A stretch of DNA of 49,755 nt from the NCBI GenBank assembly GCA_019057635.1, contig DXJL01000174.1:1-49755 (forward strand). Reading direction: 5' to 3'. Made by a program: the position numbers and the translations under genes. Source of the DNA: Candidatus Heimdallarchaeota archaeon. GTDB lineage: Archaea; Asgardarchaeota; Heimdallarchaeia; Hodarchaeales; Hodarchaeaceae. Under the pieces are notes generated by a model that did no database searches, was not told where the DNA came from, and saw only the letters and a list, made by a program, of their open reading frames with translations. Within the stretch, counting starts at the first letter, position 1, and each line of letters begins with the position of its first letter. Shown here piece by piece: positions 11,097 to 21,506 of the stretch.

Positions 11097-11130
11097 TTTT
11101 CTTTTTCCTCTAATATTAAGTTCATTTATT

Positions 11131-11403
11131 CTAAGTATTTACAATTTTCTTCGGGATAATTTGAATTAACTCGCATACCAAAGTAATCCATCTAAGCATG
11201 GAAGAAATGCTTGCTTTCGCAGCCGTAATATCTTGTGAGTTAACAGTCATAATTAACGAATTCGTTTCCAATCTCAACAAGATTTGTGATCTTTCAAAAT
11301 GGTGATCGTTTACTTCGGGAATTAATGATTCATAGATAAATTTGGCTTCTTCTGGAGAATCAAGTTGAATTACAGTCTTTATACTAATCTTACTCTCCAT
11401 CAT
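11131..11403 (-). CDS. pcc1: KEOPS complex subunit Pcc1
   Basis: AKFIYESLIPE...ERS...DITAAKASISSMLRW; operon context. Confidence 0.85.
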   Translation of the reverse strand: MMESKISIKTVIQLDSPEEAKFIYESLIPEVNDHHFERSQILLRLETNSLIMTVNSQDITAAKASISSMLRWITLVCELIQIIPKKIVNT

Positions 11404-11972
11404 TCTACCTCTTGCATAATATTAATTACAAATGAATAGAGAGGCGTACCATTATTTGGAACCGTCCTAACTACTTCCCCATGGAGGTTTCCATTAGAAT
11501 AATCACTGAATTTAATTTTAAGAGTAGAATTCGTCTGTTTACTTGTCGTTTGACCTAGTAATGGATTTACAAAATTTTGAATATGTTCCTTTAAAGAAAT
11601 TGGAATATCTAGTGGATATTCGACTGAAATATAGTTGCAATCCACTCTCGTTTCTTTTTCTCCCTTGCGAGGAAAATTGAAATTCTCTAATTTAGCATTA
11701 ACATCAAATTGATTGGGAGATTGTATGAAGTCATAACAACTGAGAGAGATTGAATCAATTTTCTTAGAGCCTTGAACGATGAGTAACTTGTTGATACCCA
11801 TATTCCAACAGAGATTTTTGATTTCTTTTAGACTTAATGAACCGCGATTCATTCTTTTTGATAAAGGAAGAGAAAATGACAGTAATTTACTTACACGGCG
11901 TAAAAAGTGAGAAGGATTATGAGATGTTGTTATCAAAAGAGCAAATAAATCCTCCCTCTCTTTTTTTGCCAT
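11400..11972 (-). CDS. Brix/Imp4-domain ribosome biogenesis protein (divergent C-terminus)
   Basis: LITTSHNPS...NRGSLSL Brix N-terminal motif; exosome operon position. Confidence 0.75.
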   Translation of the reverse strand: MAKKEREDLFALLITTSHNPSHFLRRVSKLLSFSLPLSKRMNRGSLSLKEIKNLCWNMGINKLLIVQGSKKIDSISLSCYDFIQSPNQFDVNAKLENFNFPRKGEKETRVDCNYISVEYPLDIPISLKEHIQNFVNPLLGQTTSKQTNSTLKIKFSDYSNGNLHGEVVRTVPNNGTPLYSFVINIMQEVE

Positions 11973-12015
11973 AATTCTTCATTTTTACCATAATCTTATG
12001 GGGGAGAAATTCCCC

Positions 12016-12291
12016 TTAAGAATCAGTTTGAGTAGCAAGGCGTTTAGCTGTTCTTTGAGCAATTTTGCCTCCGGGGGTTTCTGGAGCCCACGATCCACCT
12101 GTGTATCTAAATCCACAGAATTTACATTCCCAAATTCCGATAGATACACGTTTTACTTTCAGTGAGTCGCAGGAAGGGCAAACGTGAAATCTCTTTGATT
12201 CTTGTTCAATTTTTTTAACTCGTTTTCGAATTGTAGCTCCATAACGAGTACCGAAACGTCCAGTTGAACCTACTTTCTTAGTCCGACCCAT
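12016..12291 (-). CDS. rpl37ae: 50S ribosomal protein L37Ae (eL43)
   Basis: GRFGTRYG, CPSC, GIWECKFC. Confidence 0.97.
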   Translation of the reverse strand: MGRTKKVGSTGRFGTRYGATIRKRVKKIEQESKRFHVCPSCDSLKVKRVSIGIWECKFCGFRYTGGSWAPETPGGKIAQRTAKRLATQTDS

Positions 12292-12341
12292 TTTACCACC
12301 AAATCTCCAGTTTTAAGTGTCTGTTTTTTACTTTTTGAAAG

Positions 12342-13205
12342 TTAGAAATCAAAATGATACATCTCATTCATTTCAGGGAATTGAGAACTTTCTTCAATCT
12401 TTTCAAGTAGAGGTGTCACCAAAGAAGAGCTTTGATCCAAAAGTGTTACAAATTCTTCCTCGGTAAAGACTCCTGATTCTCCTTTCTGCATTGAACAGAC
12501 AATTCCTTTATCGGTAATAGCTAGAGAGAAACGTGCATCTTTACCCCTATCTTCGAGTAGATTGGGATCGTAGACAATTGTATCTTTGATTTTAGCGAAT
12601 GTAAGGCTAGCAACAGATCCTTTTCTGGGAAGAGGTTCCTTTTCATCCAACAGAGTAACTTCTTCGAGATCTTCGTCGATTACAACCCTTTTCAGTCGAG
12701 TATTTGCAAGTGCAGCCATTGCACCAAGAGCGGCAGCATCAAACAAATTCCCACCATCATCAAGTATATATACATCAATAAAAAGTATCCAAACCTTCTT
12801 TCCAGGAATTACACATAATTTAGGATCCTTCATGGGTATAATTTTGCTTTCTCGTATACCACGATCGACAACACGAGCCAACTCAACTGCTCGGGGACCG
12901 GGTGGACCACTTTCATTGGTTGGTGATGAGATAGGAGAAATTTCTGCATTTACAGTGATTACACCGTCATTTGGTGTATCAGGAAAGGGAGTACCAAGTT
13001 GTGCTTTCACTCCAGCAAGGATTACAGTATCTCCCCATTTTACCATTGCTGATCCTTCAGCCTTTTTAATAACATTTGGAATTATTTGTATTGGTCTACA
13101 ATCCAATAAATTTCTTCCATCAGATCTTTTCCCTTTTTCAAGTAACTTAGTAACATATTGTTTTTCTAAAACTCCAACGATTGCTTCTGAACGCATGATA
13201 TTCAC
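12342..13205 (-). CDS. rrp42: Exosome subunit Rrp42
   Basis: RNase PH fold; PFPDTPNDG, ELARVVDRGIRES, DGGNLFDA. Confidence 0.95.
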   Translation of the reverse strand: MNIMRSEAIVGVLEKQYVTKLLEKGKRSDGRNLLDCRPIQIIPNVIKKAEGSAMVKWGDTVILAGVKAQLGTPFPDTPNDGVITVNAEISPISSPTNESGPPGPRAVELARVVDRGIRESKIIPMKDPKLCVIPGKKVWILFIDVYILDDGGNLFDAAALGAMAALANTRLKRVVIDEDLEEVTLLDEKEPLPRKGSVASLTFAKIKDTIVYDPNLLEDRGKDARFSLAITDKGIVCSMQKGESGVFTEEEFVTLLDQSSSLVTPLLEKIEESSQFPEMNEMYHFDF

Positions 13206-13961
13206 CTATTCCTCTTCTTCTCCCAAATCATCTATAGATTCCTCAATTTGGGTATATTTGGCCAGAACGGCTTCTTTTTGCATTTTGTATACTTCACCAA
13301 TTGCTCGAATTGCTAACGATAATCCTTCTTTTACTTCATCAGTGGTGAATTCGCCATCACATTGGAGCAAAGTGATTTCCCCTGTATTATAATTCATCGC
13401 AACAGGCATATCACCTTGTCCATCCTTATCTTCGACATCAGACAAGTCAACAACCATTTTGTCTGCGACTTTTCCCACTGCACAGCCTGTTATAAATCCC
13501 TTCATTGGAATGCCTGCATCAGCTAGGGCTATAGACGCTGCAGTCAATGCAGCGCATCGGGTGCCTCCATCAGCGTCCAATACAGTGATGTATACATCAA
13601 TCGTGCCGTTTGGAAATTTCTCTAAAAATAGTACAGAATCTAAAGATTCCTTAATCAATTTACTTAATTCATACTCTCTACGTCTTGGTGCAGGGCTCTT
13701 TCGCTCGTTCACTGAGAACGTAGCTAGACGATATTCTACTCGAACTATCGCCCGATCAGGTTTTGCTAAGTGTTTTGGGTGCAATTCTCTCGGACCATAT
13801 ACTGCACATATTATTTTGTTATTACCCCAAGTAAGATAACAACTCCCATCTGCTCTGTCCAAAACACTACTCTTCATTGTGATTGGACGTATTTCATGAA
13901 GTTCTCTACCGTCTAAACGTCGTCCATCATCTAAAAGCAGAGATATTTTATCTTGTGTCAT
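13206..13961 (-). CDS. rrp41: Exosome exonuclease Rrp41
   Basis: RLDGR, VYGPRELHPKH, DGGTRCA, EDKDGQGDMPVA. Confidence 0.96.
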   Translation of the reverse strand: MTQDKISLLLDDGRRLDGRELHEIRPITMKSSVLDRADGSCYLTWGNNKIICAVYGPRELHPKHLAKPDRAIVRVEYRLATFSVNERKSPAPRRREYELSKLIKESLDSVLFLEKFPNGTIDVYITVLDADGGTRCAALTAASIALADAGIPMKGFITGCAVGKVADKMVVDLSDVEDKDGQGDMPVAMNYNTGEITLLQCDGEFTTDEVKEGLSLAIRAIGEVYKMQKEAVLAKYTQIEESIDDLGEEEE

Positions 13962-13977
13962 TCATTTCACACCATTA

Positions 13978-14694
13978 TCATAATTTTTTATTTTTTTCTT
14001 CTAAATACTCACGAATTCTATCCGTAAGCCCACTGGTATGAGCTTCTGCTTCAATTTTACGAATTGCACTAATAACTAGATTTTCCTTTTCAACCGAATT
14101 TGCAGAAACTACAATACGTCCATTTTGACCTACAATAATTTGAGCATTTGTCATATTTTTTAATAATTGAATCATACTGCCCTTCTTACCAATTATCCGT
14201 GGTATTTTCACTGGATCAACATCAATTAATCTGCCGTGAGTTAATTTTCGAAGCCCTCTTCCTAGCATAGTAAGGACTGGATCTCTAGTTCTATCAAAAT
14301 ATGTGATTTGTGCCTTGATAACGTCTCCATAATTCAAAACCTGTTCTAAGCTCTCTCTGAGAGAATCAAAGTCGCGATCTAATACACTATTGACTCTAAG
14401 AGCACCAACGTAAGGGCCTCGTATATCGACGTTCCATGAGGTAAGCCCTACTCTAACAATTTTCCCAATAATGATATCTCCTTCTAATGGGATATAACAA
14501 CCTTCTAAAGGGACAACACCAACACTATCTTGCCGAATTTTTACTAATCCAATCATGGAGGCTATAATTTCAGTTTCTCCGTTGATTTTTTTCCGATATA
14601 CTCCACCCGCAACATCGACTCCAGATCCACGCGCGAGGACTTCACCTGGTACGACCAGCTGATTTTTATCTACTAAAATTGTCATTTTAATCAC
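13978..14694 (-). CDS. rrp4: Exosome RNA-binding subunit Rrp4
   Basis: VVPGE, S1 domain, KH motif PRIIGKKGSMI, EAHTSGLTDRI. Confidence 0.95.
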   Translation of the reverse strand: MIKMTILVDKNQLVVPGEVLARGSGVDVAGGVYRKKINGETEIIASMIGLVKIRQDSVGVVPLEGCYIPLEGDIIIGKIVRVGLTSWNVDIRGPYVGALRVNSVLDRDFDSLRESLEQVLNYGDVIKAQITYFDRTRDPVLTMLGRGLRKLTHGRLIDVDPVKIPRIIGKKGSMIQLLKNMTNAQIIVGQNGRIVVSANSVEKENLVISAIRKIEAEAHTSGLTDRIREYLEEKNKKL

Positions 14695-14701
14695 TTCATT
14701 A

Positions 14702-15436
14702 TTATAATCTTATTCTTTCTATAACTTTAATTTCAGAACGACCCTTCGTCATTCCTTGTACCATCTCCATAAACTCCCCTTGTACTCCTGCTGCGATACT
14801 AACAACTGCAATCCAAGAACCATCCTTCTGCCATTCATCTTTTTCAATCTGACCCTTACGCTTAATTTCCCCATACGCTTTTCCAGTGAATTCAGGGGGT
14901 ATCTGGACAGCTAATTTCACTGTTTCCATACTAATTGGAATTATTGTTCTAAGTTCAACAATAATATCCTTGATCTGCTCTTCAGCTGATTTTGTTGGAT
15001 CAATCATTACTTTTGCTTCTTTCATGGCATTCTCGATTCTTAAAGGAGGATGTGGAGTTCGAGTTTTAGGATTGATGCAGGTTTTAGCAATTAAATTGAC
15101 TATTTGTTTTCTTTTTTTCTCGAAAAATTCCTGTCTTTGCTCTGCGGTGAGGTTTAAATCTCCTTTAATTAGGATTTTCTCTGCTATTTCGATTATATTG
15201 GTTGTTTCGAAACAGTGATTCAAAATTTCATCAGAAGCACGCTCACCCTTACTAGCATTGTCAAAAATCTCATCCACTTCAAGAATGTCGTTTATGGTTA
15301 TTGACTCATCAAGAAGTCCCATTTTGTATTTCAGAGCAAGTTCGGGATTAACTATCAATTCGAATCGATTACCTTGAAATTTAGCACGGACAACGGATTT
15401 TCCTGAAAGATCAAATCTTCTTGCATCTCTTAACAT
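14702..15436 (-). CDS. Ribosome maturation factor SBDS/Sdo1
   Basis: RFELIV, NPKTRTPHPPLRIENAM. Confidence 0.95.
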   Translation of the reverse strand: MLRDARRFDLSGKSVVRAKFQGNRFELIVNPELALKYKMGLLDESITINDILEVDEIFDNASKGERASDEILNHCFETTNIIEIAEKILIKGDLNLTAEQRQEFFEKKRKQIVNLIAKTCINPKTRTPHPPLRIENAMKEAKVMIDPTKSAEEQIKDIIVELRTIIPISMETVKLAVQIPPEFTGKAYGEIKRKGQIEKDEWQKDGSWIAVVSIAAGVQGEFMEMVQGMTKGRSEIKVIERIRL

Positions 15437-15438
15437 GA

Positions 15439-16176
15439 CTATTCCTCTTTTTTCTTAATTTGCTTAATGAGATTTAATATATCTATCGAGTTATAGTAGT
15501 TTAATTTTCGATCTGAACTTGAGATTACAGCAATCTCGACCATGTCAGGATCAAGTTTATCGTCAGAAACCTTTTGCAACGCTTTCAGTGCCACTAAAAT
15601 TCCCTCTTGGAGTGTTTCAGAGATTTTAAGATAAGATTTCTCTAAATCTTCCACAATTATTGGAGTTCCGGAACCAATGGCTGCTGCTCGATACCCCCAA
15701 TAACTTCCACTAGGTTCTGTCATGAATAATTGAGGACCTTTGATTTCATCAACTCCAGCTATTATCAATGAAACACCGAAAGGTCGAACTCCCGCATGCT
15801 GAGTATAAGCCTGTTTAACGTCTGCTATTCTGTGTGTTAAATTTTCAACCGTTATTGACTCATTATAAGTGATTTGATAAATTTGAGCTTGAACCCGAGC
15901 CTGATTAACGAGTATACGCGCATCAGCGGTTAAACCTGCAATAGCAACCGCAATGTGGTCATCAATTGCAAAAATTTTTTTTACCATTTCTTTTTCAATC
16001 AGAGTGGTATGTAGTCTCTTCTGTACTGCGAGAATACAGCCTTCCGATGTTTTAATCCCAATAGCTGTTGTTCCCCTTTTAACCGCTTCAATTGCATACT
16101 CTACCTGAAACAATCGTCCATCAGGGCTGAAAATTGTACTCCCTCTGTCATAACCTAATCCTTTTGGGGCAAACAA
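15439..16176 (-). CDS. psmA: Proteasome alpha subunit
   Basis: YDRGSTIFSPDGRLFQVEYA, GVRPFGVS. Confidence 0.97.
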   Translation of the reverse strand: MFAPKGLGYDRGSTIFSPDGRLFQVEYAIEAVKRGTTAIGIKTSEGCILAVQKRLHTTLIEKEMVKKIFAIDDHIAVAIAGLTADARILVNQARVQAQIYQITYNESITVENLTHRIADVKQAYTQHAGVRPFGVSLIIAGVDEIKGPQLFMTEPSGSYWGYRAAAIGSGTPIIVEDLEKSYLKISETLQEGILVALKALQKVSDDKLDPDMVEIAVISSSDRKLNYYNSIDILNLIKQIKKKEE

Positions 16177-16657
16177 CTCATTCCACCTGAAATAATTCCT
16201 TTTTTATTCTTTCTCTTTCAATCCTATCGAGTTTATCTCGAATATTTAACGATTCAGACGATAATTTTTTTCAAACATTTAATCACTTTTTAGAAACCGA
16301 AGATTAGCCTTTTATTACAGATTTAGACACCTCAAGAAATTTCTCAATGAAGGAATATTTCTTAATCTTTAAGAAAAACGGAAAACTACTTACGACAGGC
16401 ATTTTACTTTAAATAAAGTTATATTCTACCTCTATCAGCAGAAATAATTTTGAATTTTCGTGAGATAATTCTGATAAACAGTCTGCATCTACTACAATAA
16501 AAAAGTGCATTTGTCTCTGCATTTGAGTGACCCCTGTGATTGTTATTAGGAAAATGATCACAAGTTGTTAAAAACTATTTAAATTATACATTTCTTCTGC
16601 TGATTTAAGTCGATTTTACATGTATTTCTCTCTAAAATTCTGAAAAGGTGTTATTTC

Positions 16658-17095
16658 ATGGCTTACGAACCGAAAAAAATTGGTACTATCAAAGTAGGTA
16701 GATATATTATTGATCCAGAATCAAATGAACCATGTCGAGTTATTTCCATAGATAAAAGCAAACCAGGTAAACATGGTGCAGCTAAAGCTCGAATGATGAT
16801 AGTTGGACTTTTCGATAATCAGAAACGACAATTGATTTCTCCCGTCGATAAAAGAGTAAATGTGCCTATTATTGAAAAAAATACAGGACAGGTAACCAAT
16901 GTAGAGGCTAATACAGGATTCGTACACGTTATGGATAATGAATCATATGAAACATTTATAGTTGAATCTCCAACAGAAGAGAATTTAAAATCAAAGTTAA
17001 ATGAATTATTTGCTGCGGGAAAGGGTGTTGAGATTGATTATTGGGTGGTTATGGATCGGAAAAAAATTAATCTAGTACGAGAGATGGAATATTAA
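16658..17095 (+). CDS. eif5a: Translation factor aIF-5A
   Basis: Hypusine motif SKPGKHGAAK. Confidence 0.95.
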   Translation: MAYEPKKIGTIKVGRYIIDPESNEPCRVISIDKSKPGKHGAAKARMMIVGLFDNQKRQLISPVDKRVNVPIIEKNTGQVTNVEANTGFVHVMDNESYETFIVESPTEENLKSKLNELFAAGKGVEIDYWVVMDRKKINLVREMEY

Positions 17096-17126
17096 CTGGA
17101 TGAACTGCGAAAGGGTTGACTAATTA

Positions 17127-17987
17127 TTGGCAGAAGTATCACAAATTGGTATTTTCTCCCAGATACTCTGTGAAGGGACAATTGATATCCTTGACAAAAT
17201 AATTTCACTTGAAGAAAGTAAAAAAATTTCTTACTCATTAAATCCTGAACTCTTTCAATATATTGAAAAGAATAGACCACAATTAGCGCAATTTTTCCAA
17301 AAAACAACCCTTGAGGAAATGAAAGGGGATTGCATATTTTCAATAGGGGGAGATGGAACCATACTTAGAATAGCCCGGGTTAATCCTAATATACCGATTC
17401 TGTCGATTAATAAGGGTAGAAAAGGATTTATGACGGAAATTGAAGCAGATGAGGTTAACACATCTCTACCTCAATTTTTCCAAGGAAAATATAAACTTGA
17501 AGAACATACTAAGATTGCAGCAACTATTGAGGATGAGATCCAAGCTTCTGCAATAAATGAAATTTTGATAACTTCGACTGATCTATTGAAACCTATAGAT
17601 TTCAAAGTTCTGGTAGATAATGAAGTGATATCAGGTTCTTCAGCTGATGGTATAATTATTGCCACCCCTATCGGTTCAACAGGTCACAATTTATCGAGTG
17701 GCGGAAGTGTTATGGATCCTGATTTACAAGGTTTAATAATATCGTGGATTAATCCAATAAACTTAGCTATCCGTCCAGTGATTCTTAATTTTTCTCGAAA
17801 TCTTGAAGTTATCTGTACCACAAGAATTAATCCAATAAAGATGGTTTTTGATGGACAGGTCAGTTTAGAATATACTACGCCTGTGAAATTTTCAATTTCA
17901 CTCTCTCAAGAAAAGGTGCAATTTTATCGCCTTCGACATTTCACTACACGATGGAGGCAACACCTTCATCCTGAAATAAGGGATTGA
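17127..17987 (+). CDS. nadK: NAD kinase
   Basis: GGDGT, NE, ADGIIIATPIGSTGHNLSSGG. Confidence 0.92.
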   Translation: MAEVSQIGIFSQILCEGTIDILDKIISLEESKKISYSLNPELFQYIEKNRPQLAQFFQKTTLEEMKGDCIFSIGGDGTILRIARVNPNIPILSINKGRKGFMTEIEADEVNTSLPQFFQGKYKLEEHTKIAATIEDEIQASAINEILITSTDLLKPIDFKVLVDNEVISGSSADGIIIATPIGSTGHNLSSGGSVMDPDLQGLIISWINPINLAIRPVILNFSRNLEVICTTRINPIKMVFDGQVSLEYTTPVKFSISLSQEKVQFYRLRHFTTRWRQHLHPEIRD

Positions 17988-18529
17988 GTAAAGGTTTGAT
18001 TGATTACTCCAAGCTATTACACGTCCTTGATTCGACAGCATTTATTGGTTTAGATTTTCCTATTCTCCAATCAATTGAAGTGAAAAAGTTTCTAACAGCT
18101 CATTCAGTTATAGAGGAATTAAAAGACTTTCGATCGAGAATGAACTTTGATGTGATGCTGCAAACAAATAAGTTAGAGGTATCATCTCCTAATCCACAAA
18201 ATTTTAAAAAATTAAAAATGAAAATACATAAAATTGATCCAAATACGCGTCTTTCAGATACAGACATCCAAGTTTTAACCCTAGCATGGCAGGAAAAGGG
18301 AGTATTAGTAACAAATGATCTCACTCTGCAAAACATCGCTGAGCAATTGAAAGTCACAACCCGTGTAATCAGTGGAAAAGGAATCAAAGTAATTCGAAAA
18401 AGTCGCTTAAGGTGTATGAGCTGCAAACGAACTTTTCGAGTATCAGGTCAGCACTGTCCTGAGTGTGGGGGAGTTTTAAAGCAGTATTTCTCTACAAGCA
18501 ACTCAAATAACCTATTGGGAAAAGAGTGA
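17984..18529 (+). CDS. nob1: Nob1 endoribonuclease (PIN domain + Zn ribbon)
   Basis: VLDSTAFI, LSDTDI, TNDLTLQN, CMSC..CPECG. Confidence 0.9.
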   Translation: MSKGLIDYSKLLHVLDSTAFIGLDFPILQSIEVKKFLTAHSVIEELKDFRSRMNFDVMLQTNKLEVSSPNPQNFKKLKMKIHKIDPNTRLSDTDIQVLTLAWQEKGVLVTNDLTLQNIAEQLKVTTRVISGKGIKVIRKSRLRCMSCKRTFRVSGQHCPECGGVLKQYFSTSNSNNLLGKE

Positions 18530-18596
18530 ATTAAAAATAAAAATTCATTGTAAGAAAGAACTGTAATGAGTAAAATTCCCCCAGGAAGAAAAAGAT

Positions 18597-18797
18597 TTGC
18601 CAGAAGAATTAAAATCTAAAGAAGAATTCATGACTACGCTCGATTTAGCATCAGTTTGCTATGTAAAACGATTAAAGGATTCAGATGTGGTTAAACTAAA
18701 ACTCAGGACAAAAAAACGCCTGTACACCTTCAAAACAACCCCCAAAGAAGCTAATCAAATAGTGCAGAGTTTAAACATCCCTGTTGAAGAGGTTTAA
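18597..18797 (+). CDS. rpl38e: 50S ribosomal protein L38e
   Basis: MPEELKSKEEF...VKLKLRTKKRLYTF matches eL38 (MPxxI..FL..KFKVRCSRYLYTL). Confidence 0.85.
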   Translation: MPEELKSKEEFMTTLDLASVCYVKRLKDSDVVKLKLRTKKRLYTFKTTPKEANQIVQSLNIPVEEV

Positions 18798-18903
18798 AAC
18801 CCTCTGGATATTAATTCTCTTCTTCAAGAGGAAAATTTGAATTAGTTCTTTTTAAAATAAAAAAAGGGGAGAAAGCTTTCATTGATGTTCAATGTGAAGC
18901 GCT

Positions 18904-19179
18904 TTATTCTTGAGATTCAGCTGAAATAGTTTCCAGTAAGGAAAGAATATTCCATATTTTAGTTCGAGCAAAAAGAGGACAATTCGGATCTTGACTAATT
19001 TCATCCAGAATTGAGATTGCAAAATTTGCCCGTACTTCAGGTGGGTCATCTTCTTGACTATTCTTACCTGTTACCGCCATAAATGCTTCCTTAGCGGCTC
19101 TTCTGATGTTCTTTGGAACACTATGATCTGATGAGATTTGCTGCAACAACATCTTTGAATTTTCAATTTTATCTTCCAT
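18904..19179 (-). CDS. UPF0147 family protein
   Basis: DHSVPKNIRRAA...LDEISQDPNCPLFARTKIW. Confidence 0.9.
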   Translation of the reverse strand: MEDKIENSKMLLQQISSDHSVPKNIRRAAKEAFMAVTGKNSQEDDPPEVRANFAISILDEISQDPNCPLFARTKIWNILSLLETISAESQE

Positions 19180-19548
19180 TTTTGATCACCCAGACCTTCT
19201 AATTGAATAGAAAATAGAAATACGTAATATTTTGGCAATATAAACGGCGTCAGAGCAAAATTATTGAGCTCTGAATTCCTAGATTCTCTGTGACAGCCTA
19301 ATTAAAAAATCTAGAAAAACCTTTCTTTTCGCAAATTTCAATCCTCACCTTTTAAGTTAGATTCCCGCGATTTAACCTTTATGACTAATCCCTTATTTTA
19401 TGGAAGAACTTGATCTACCAAAGAAAATGAAATGAGAGTAGAAATGTGATTTTTTTCCCAAAGAAAATAGTATAAATATTTTATAAACAGCCGACCCCTT
19501 GAAGTGGAAAACTCTTTTCTAAAGAATGACACTGGAGAATCGACATAG

Positions 19549-20016
19549 TTGGAAATGGAAGCCAATGATTTAAATGGGTTTTTGATTTATGAGATCATTG
19601 CTAATAATGGAAGACTTATCTGTTCTCATTGTGGAAACAGAGTCATCTTAAATGATTTGTTTGATGAAAGAATTGTTATCGAAGTTGAAAATGGTTATAT
19701 TGGACATATTAATTGCTTATTAAAATACATAATGAAAGCTGAGCCCATAATTTCTTCAGGTTTAGCAAATGGTCTATTTTCAGAGTCTCAAGTTAGACAC
19801 GACCTATTATCGAAGCCGTTTGAATCTGTTATCTTGGATATAAGTCGAGCATGTTCATATAGAAATTTAGCAATTTCATCCCAAGCAGGAAAATGTTCAA
19901 AATTTATAGCTGCGGAGACGAATTTAATAGAAATGCGAAACAATAACAATTTATCAGTTTTACTTGATTATATTGAAATTTCTATTCCAGATCTTAGTGA
20001 CTCCGATATCAACTAG
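19549..20016 (+). CDS. Hypothetical protein with putative CxxC...HxxC Zn site
   Basis: 155-aa ORF; CSHC and HINC motifs. Confidence 0.55.
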   Translation: MEMEANDLNGFLIYEIIANNGRLICSHCGNRVILNDLFDERIVIEVENGYIGHINCLLKYIMKAEPIISSGLANGLFSESQVRHDLLSKPFESVILDISRACSYRNLAISSQAGKCSKFIAAETNLIEMRNNNNLSVLLDYIEISIPDLSDSDIN

Positions 20017-20053
20017 TAAGAGAGTACCCCAATTTAATGAAATTATATAAGGT

Positions 20054-20302
20054 GTGAAGAGAATGAAGGTAGATCTTTCAAATATCCCAGATGCAGAAAT
20101 AATAGATGAATTAGCAAATATGATCGAAGATAAAGAGAAAATAAAGACCAAGAAAGAAGGAAAAACGTTAATAGTGAAGGATCTTTCTTCTCGAAAATTA
20201 AAATTCTATACCAAAAAAGTTCTAGGTAGAAAGGACTTACCTGGAGTCTATAAAGTCGTTTCCCAAGGAGACCACTTTCTCGTTTATTTCCAAGAGCTCT
20301 AA
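20054..20302 (+). CDS. rpl22e: Ribosomal protein eL22 (L22e)-like
   Basis: LSSRKLKFYTKKVLGRKDLPGVYKVVS...LVYFQ versus eL22 [27 protein letters not shown]...LRYFQ. Confidence 0.78.
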   Translation: MKRMKVDLSNIPDAEIIDELANMIEDKEKIKTKKEGKTLIVKDLSSRKLKFYTKKVLGRKDLPGVYKVVSQGDHFLVYFQEL

Positions 20303-20353
20303 TTTTTCGCTCTGAAAACGTATTATAAGGAATCATCCTTCGAATGGGATTCT

Positions 20354-21478
20354 ATGCATAAAAAACCTGAGAAGACCAATTGGGGAAGTACATTTACGGG
20401 TCCATTATCAAAGGGATGTCGACAGTGCATTTCGGGAGAAAAATTAGTAGTCCTAGTTAGTACAGAATGTTCTAGTAACTGTTTTTATTGCCCCTTAAGC
20501 AATGAGAGAAAAGAAGCAAATACCTCGTTTGCCAATGAACGCCCCTTTACCAATGTTGCAGATCTTCTTGTTGAAGCACTACATATGAAAGCTAAAGGAG
20601 CAAGTATGACGGGAGGTGACCCTCTTGAAGTGCATTCTTTTAATAAAACACTTTCTTACTGCAAGGCTTTAAAAGAGCAATTTTCGAGTGATTTTCATAT
20701 TCATGCATACACAAGAGGGAAGGATTTGAATAAGGAGTTATTAACAAGAATAACACCATTTCTTGATGAGATCCGTTTTCATGCGATTAATTTCAAAAAA
20801 GATTTTCCCATTATTCAATTAACGACTGAATTTGATATTGATGTCGGAATTGAGATTCCTGTGATTCCAACGAAAGGAATCAACTATTATAAGAAATTAA
20901 TTCAGGAATTCGAGTCAATTATCCCTCAAAATGATCATTTTTACTTTATTAATCTGAATGAACTGGAAATAAGTGAAACAAATTACCGTAATATACTTTC
21001 TCATAAATTAGAAATTGATGATATCAATTTATCAGCTGTTAAAGATAGTTCTAATCTTGCAATTAAGATAGTGGAATGGGCTACCCAAAATACAGGTATA
21101 CCAGTCCATTATTGTGCTCTTGCAACGAAAGATAATGTGCAACTTCCAAATAGATTATTTCGAATAGCTATGAATACCAAACTTCCCTCAGATGTTGTTG
21201 TGGAGGAAGGGACAGATAGAGGTCTGCTCATAAGAGGAGTTATAAAAGGGTCAGGTTATGATCTGGAAGAAGTAAAACAGTTTCTCGTATTTGAAGCTGA
21301 TGTACCTGCATATTTAGTCCATATTGATTATCAAAACAATAGACTCCTTACCAATGCAGCATTATTAGAAGAAATCAGTGAAAATATTATCGCAAAATTC
21401 CCAAAAATGCAATTAGGTATGGCAGAAGAATACCCTTCCTATGACAATTTACAAACAACTTTTATTCCTTTTAATTGA
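20354..21478 (+). CDS. Radical SAM protein (COG2108-like)
   Basis: GCRQC..GEKLV, CSSNCFYC, TGGDPL, DEIRFH, NLNELE. Confidence 0.85.
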   Translation: MHKKPEKTNWGSTFTGPLSKGCRQCISGEKLVVLVSTECSSNCFYCPLSNERKEANTSFANERPFTNVADLLVEALHMKAKGASMTGGDPLEVHSFNKTLSYCKALKEQFSSDFHIHAYTRGKDLNKELLTRITPFLDEIRFHAINFKKDFPIIQLTTEFDIDVGIEIPVIPTKGINYYKKLIQEFESIIPQNDHFYFINLNELEISETNYRNILSHKLEIDDINLSAVKDSSNLAIKIVEWATQNTGIPVHYCALATKDNVQLPNRLFRIAMNTKLPSDVVVEEGTDRGLLIRGVIKGSGYDLEEVKQFLVFEADVPAYLVHIDYQNNRLLTNAALLEEISENIIAKFPKMQLGMAEEYPSYDNLQTTFIPFN

Positions 21479-21506
21479 TCTTAAGTATAGAGAATTGGAG
21501 ACAAAA

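Noticed and set aside
12586-13392. 268-aa + strand ORF and other antisense ORFs in the track (e.g. 13459-13839, 14886-15218, 38851-39165, 45732-46106)
   Set aside because: They are antisense shadows of well-conserved genes
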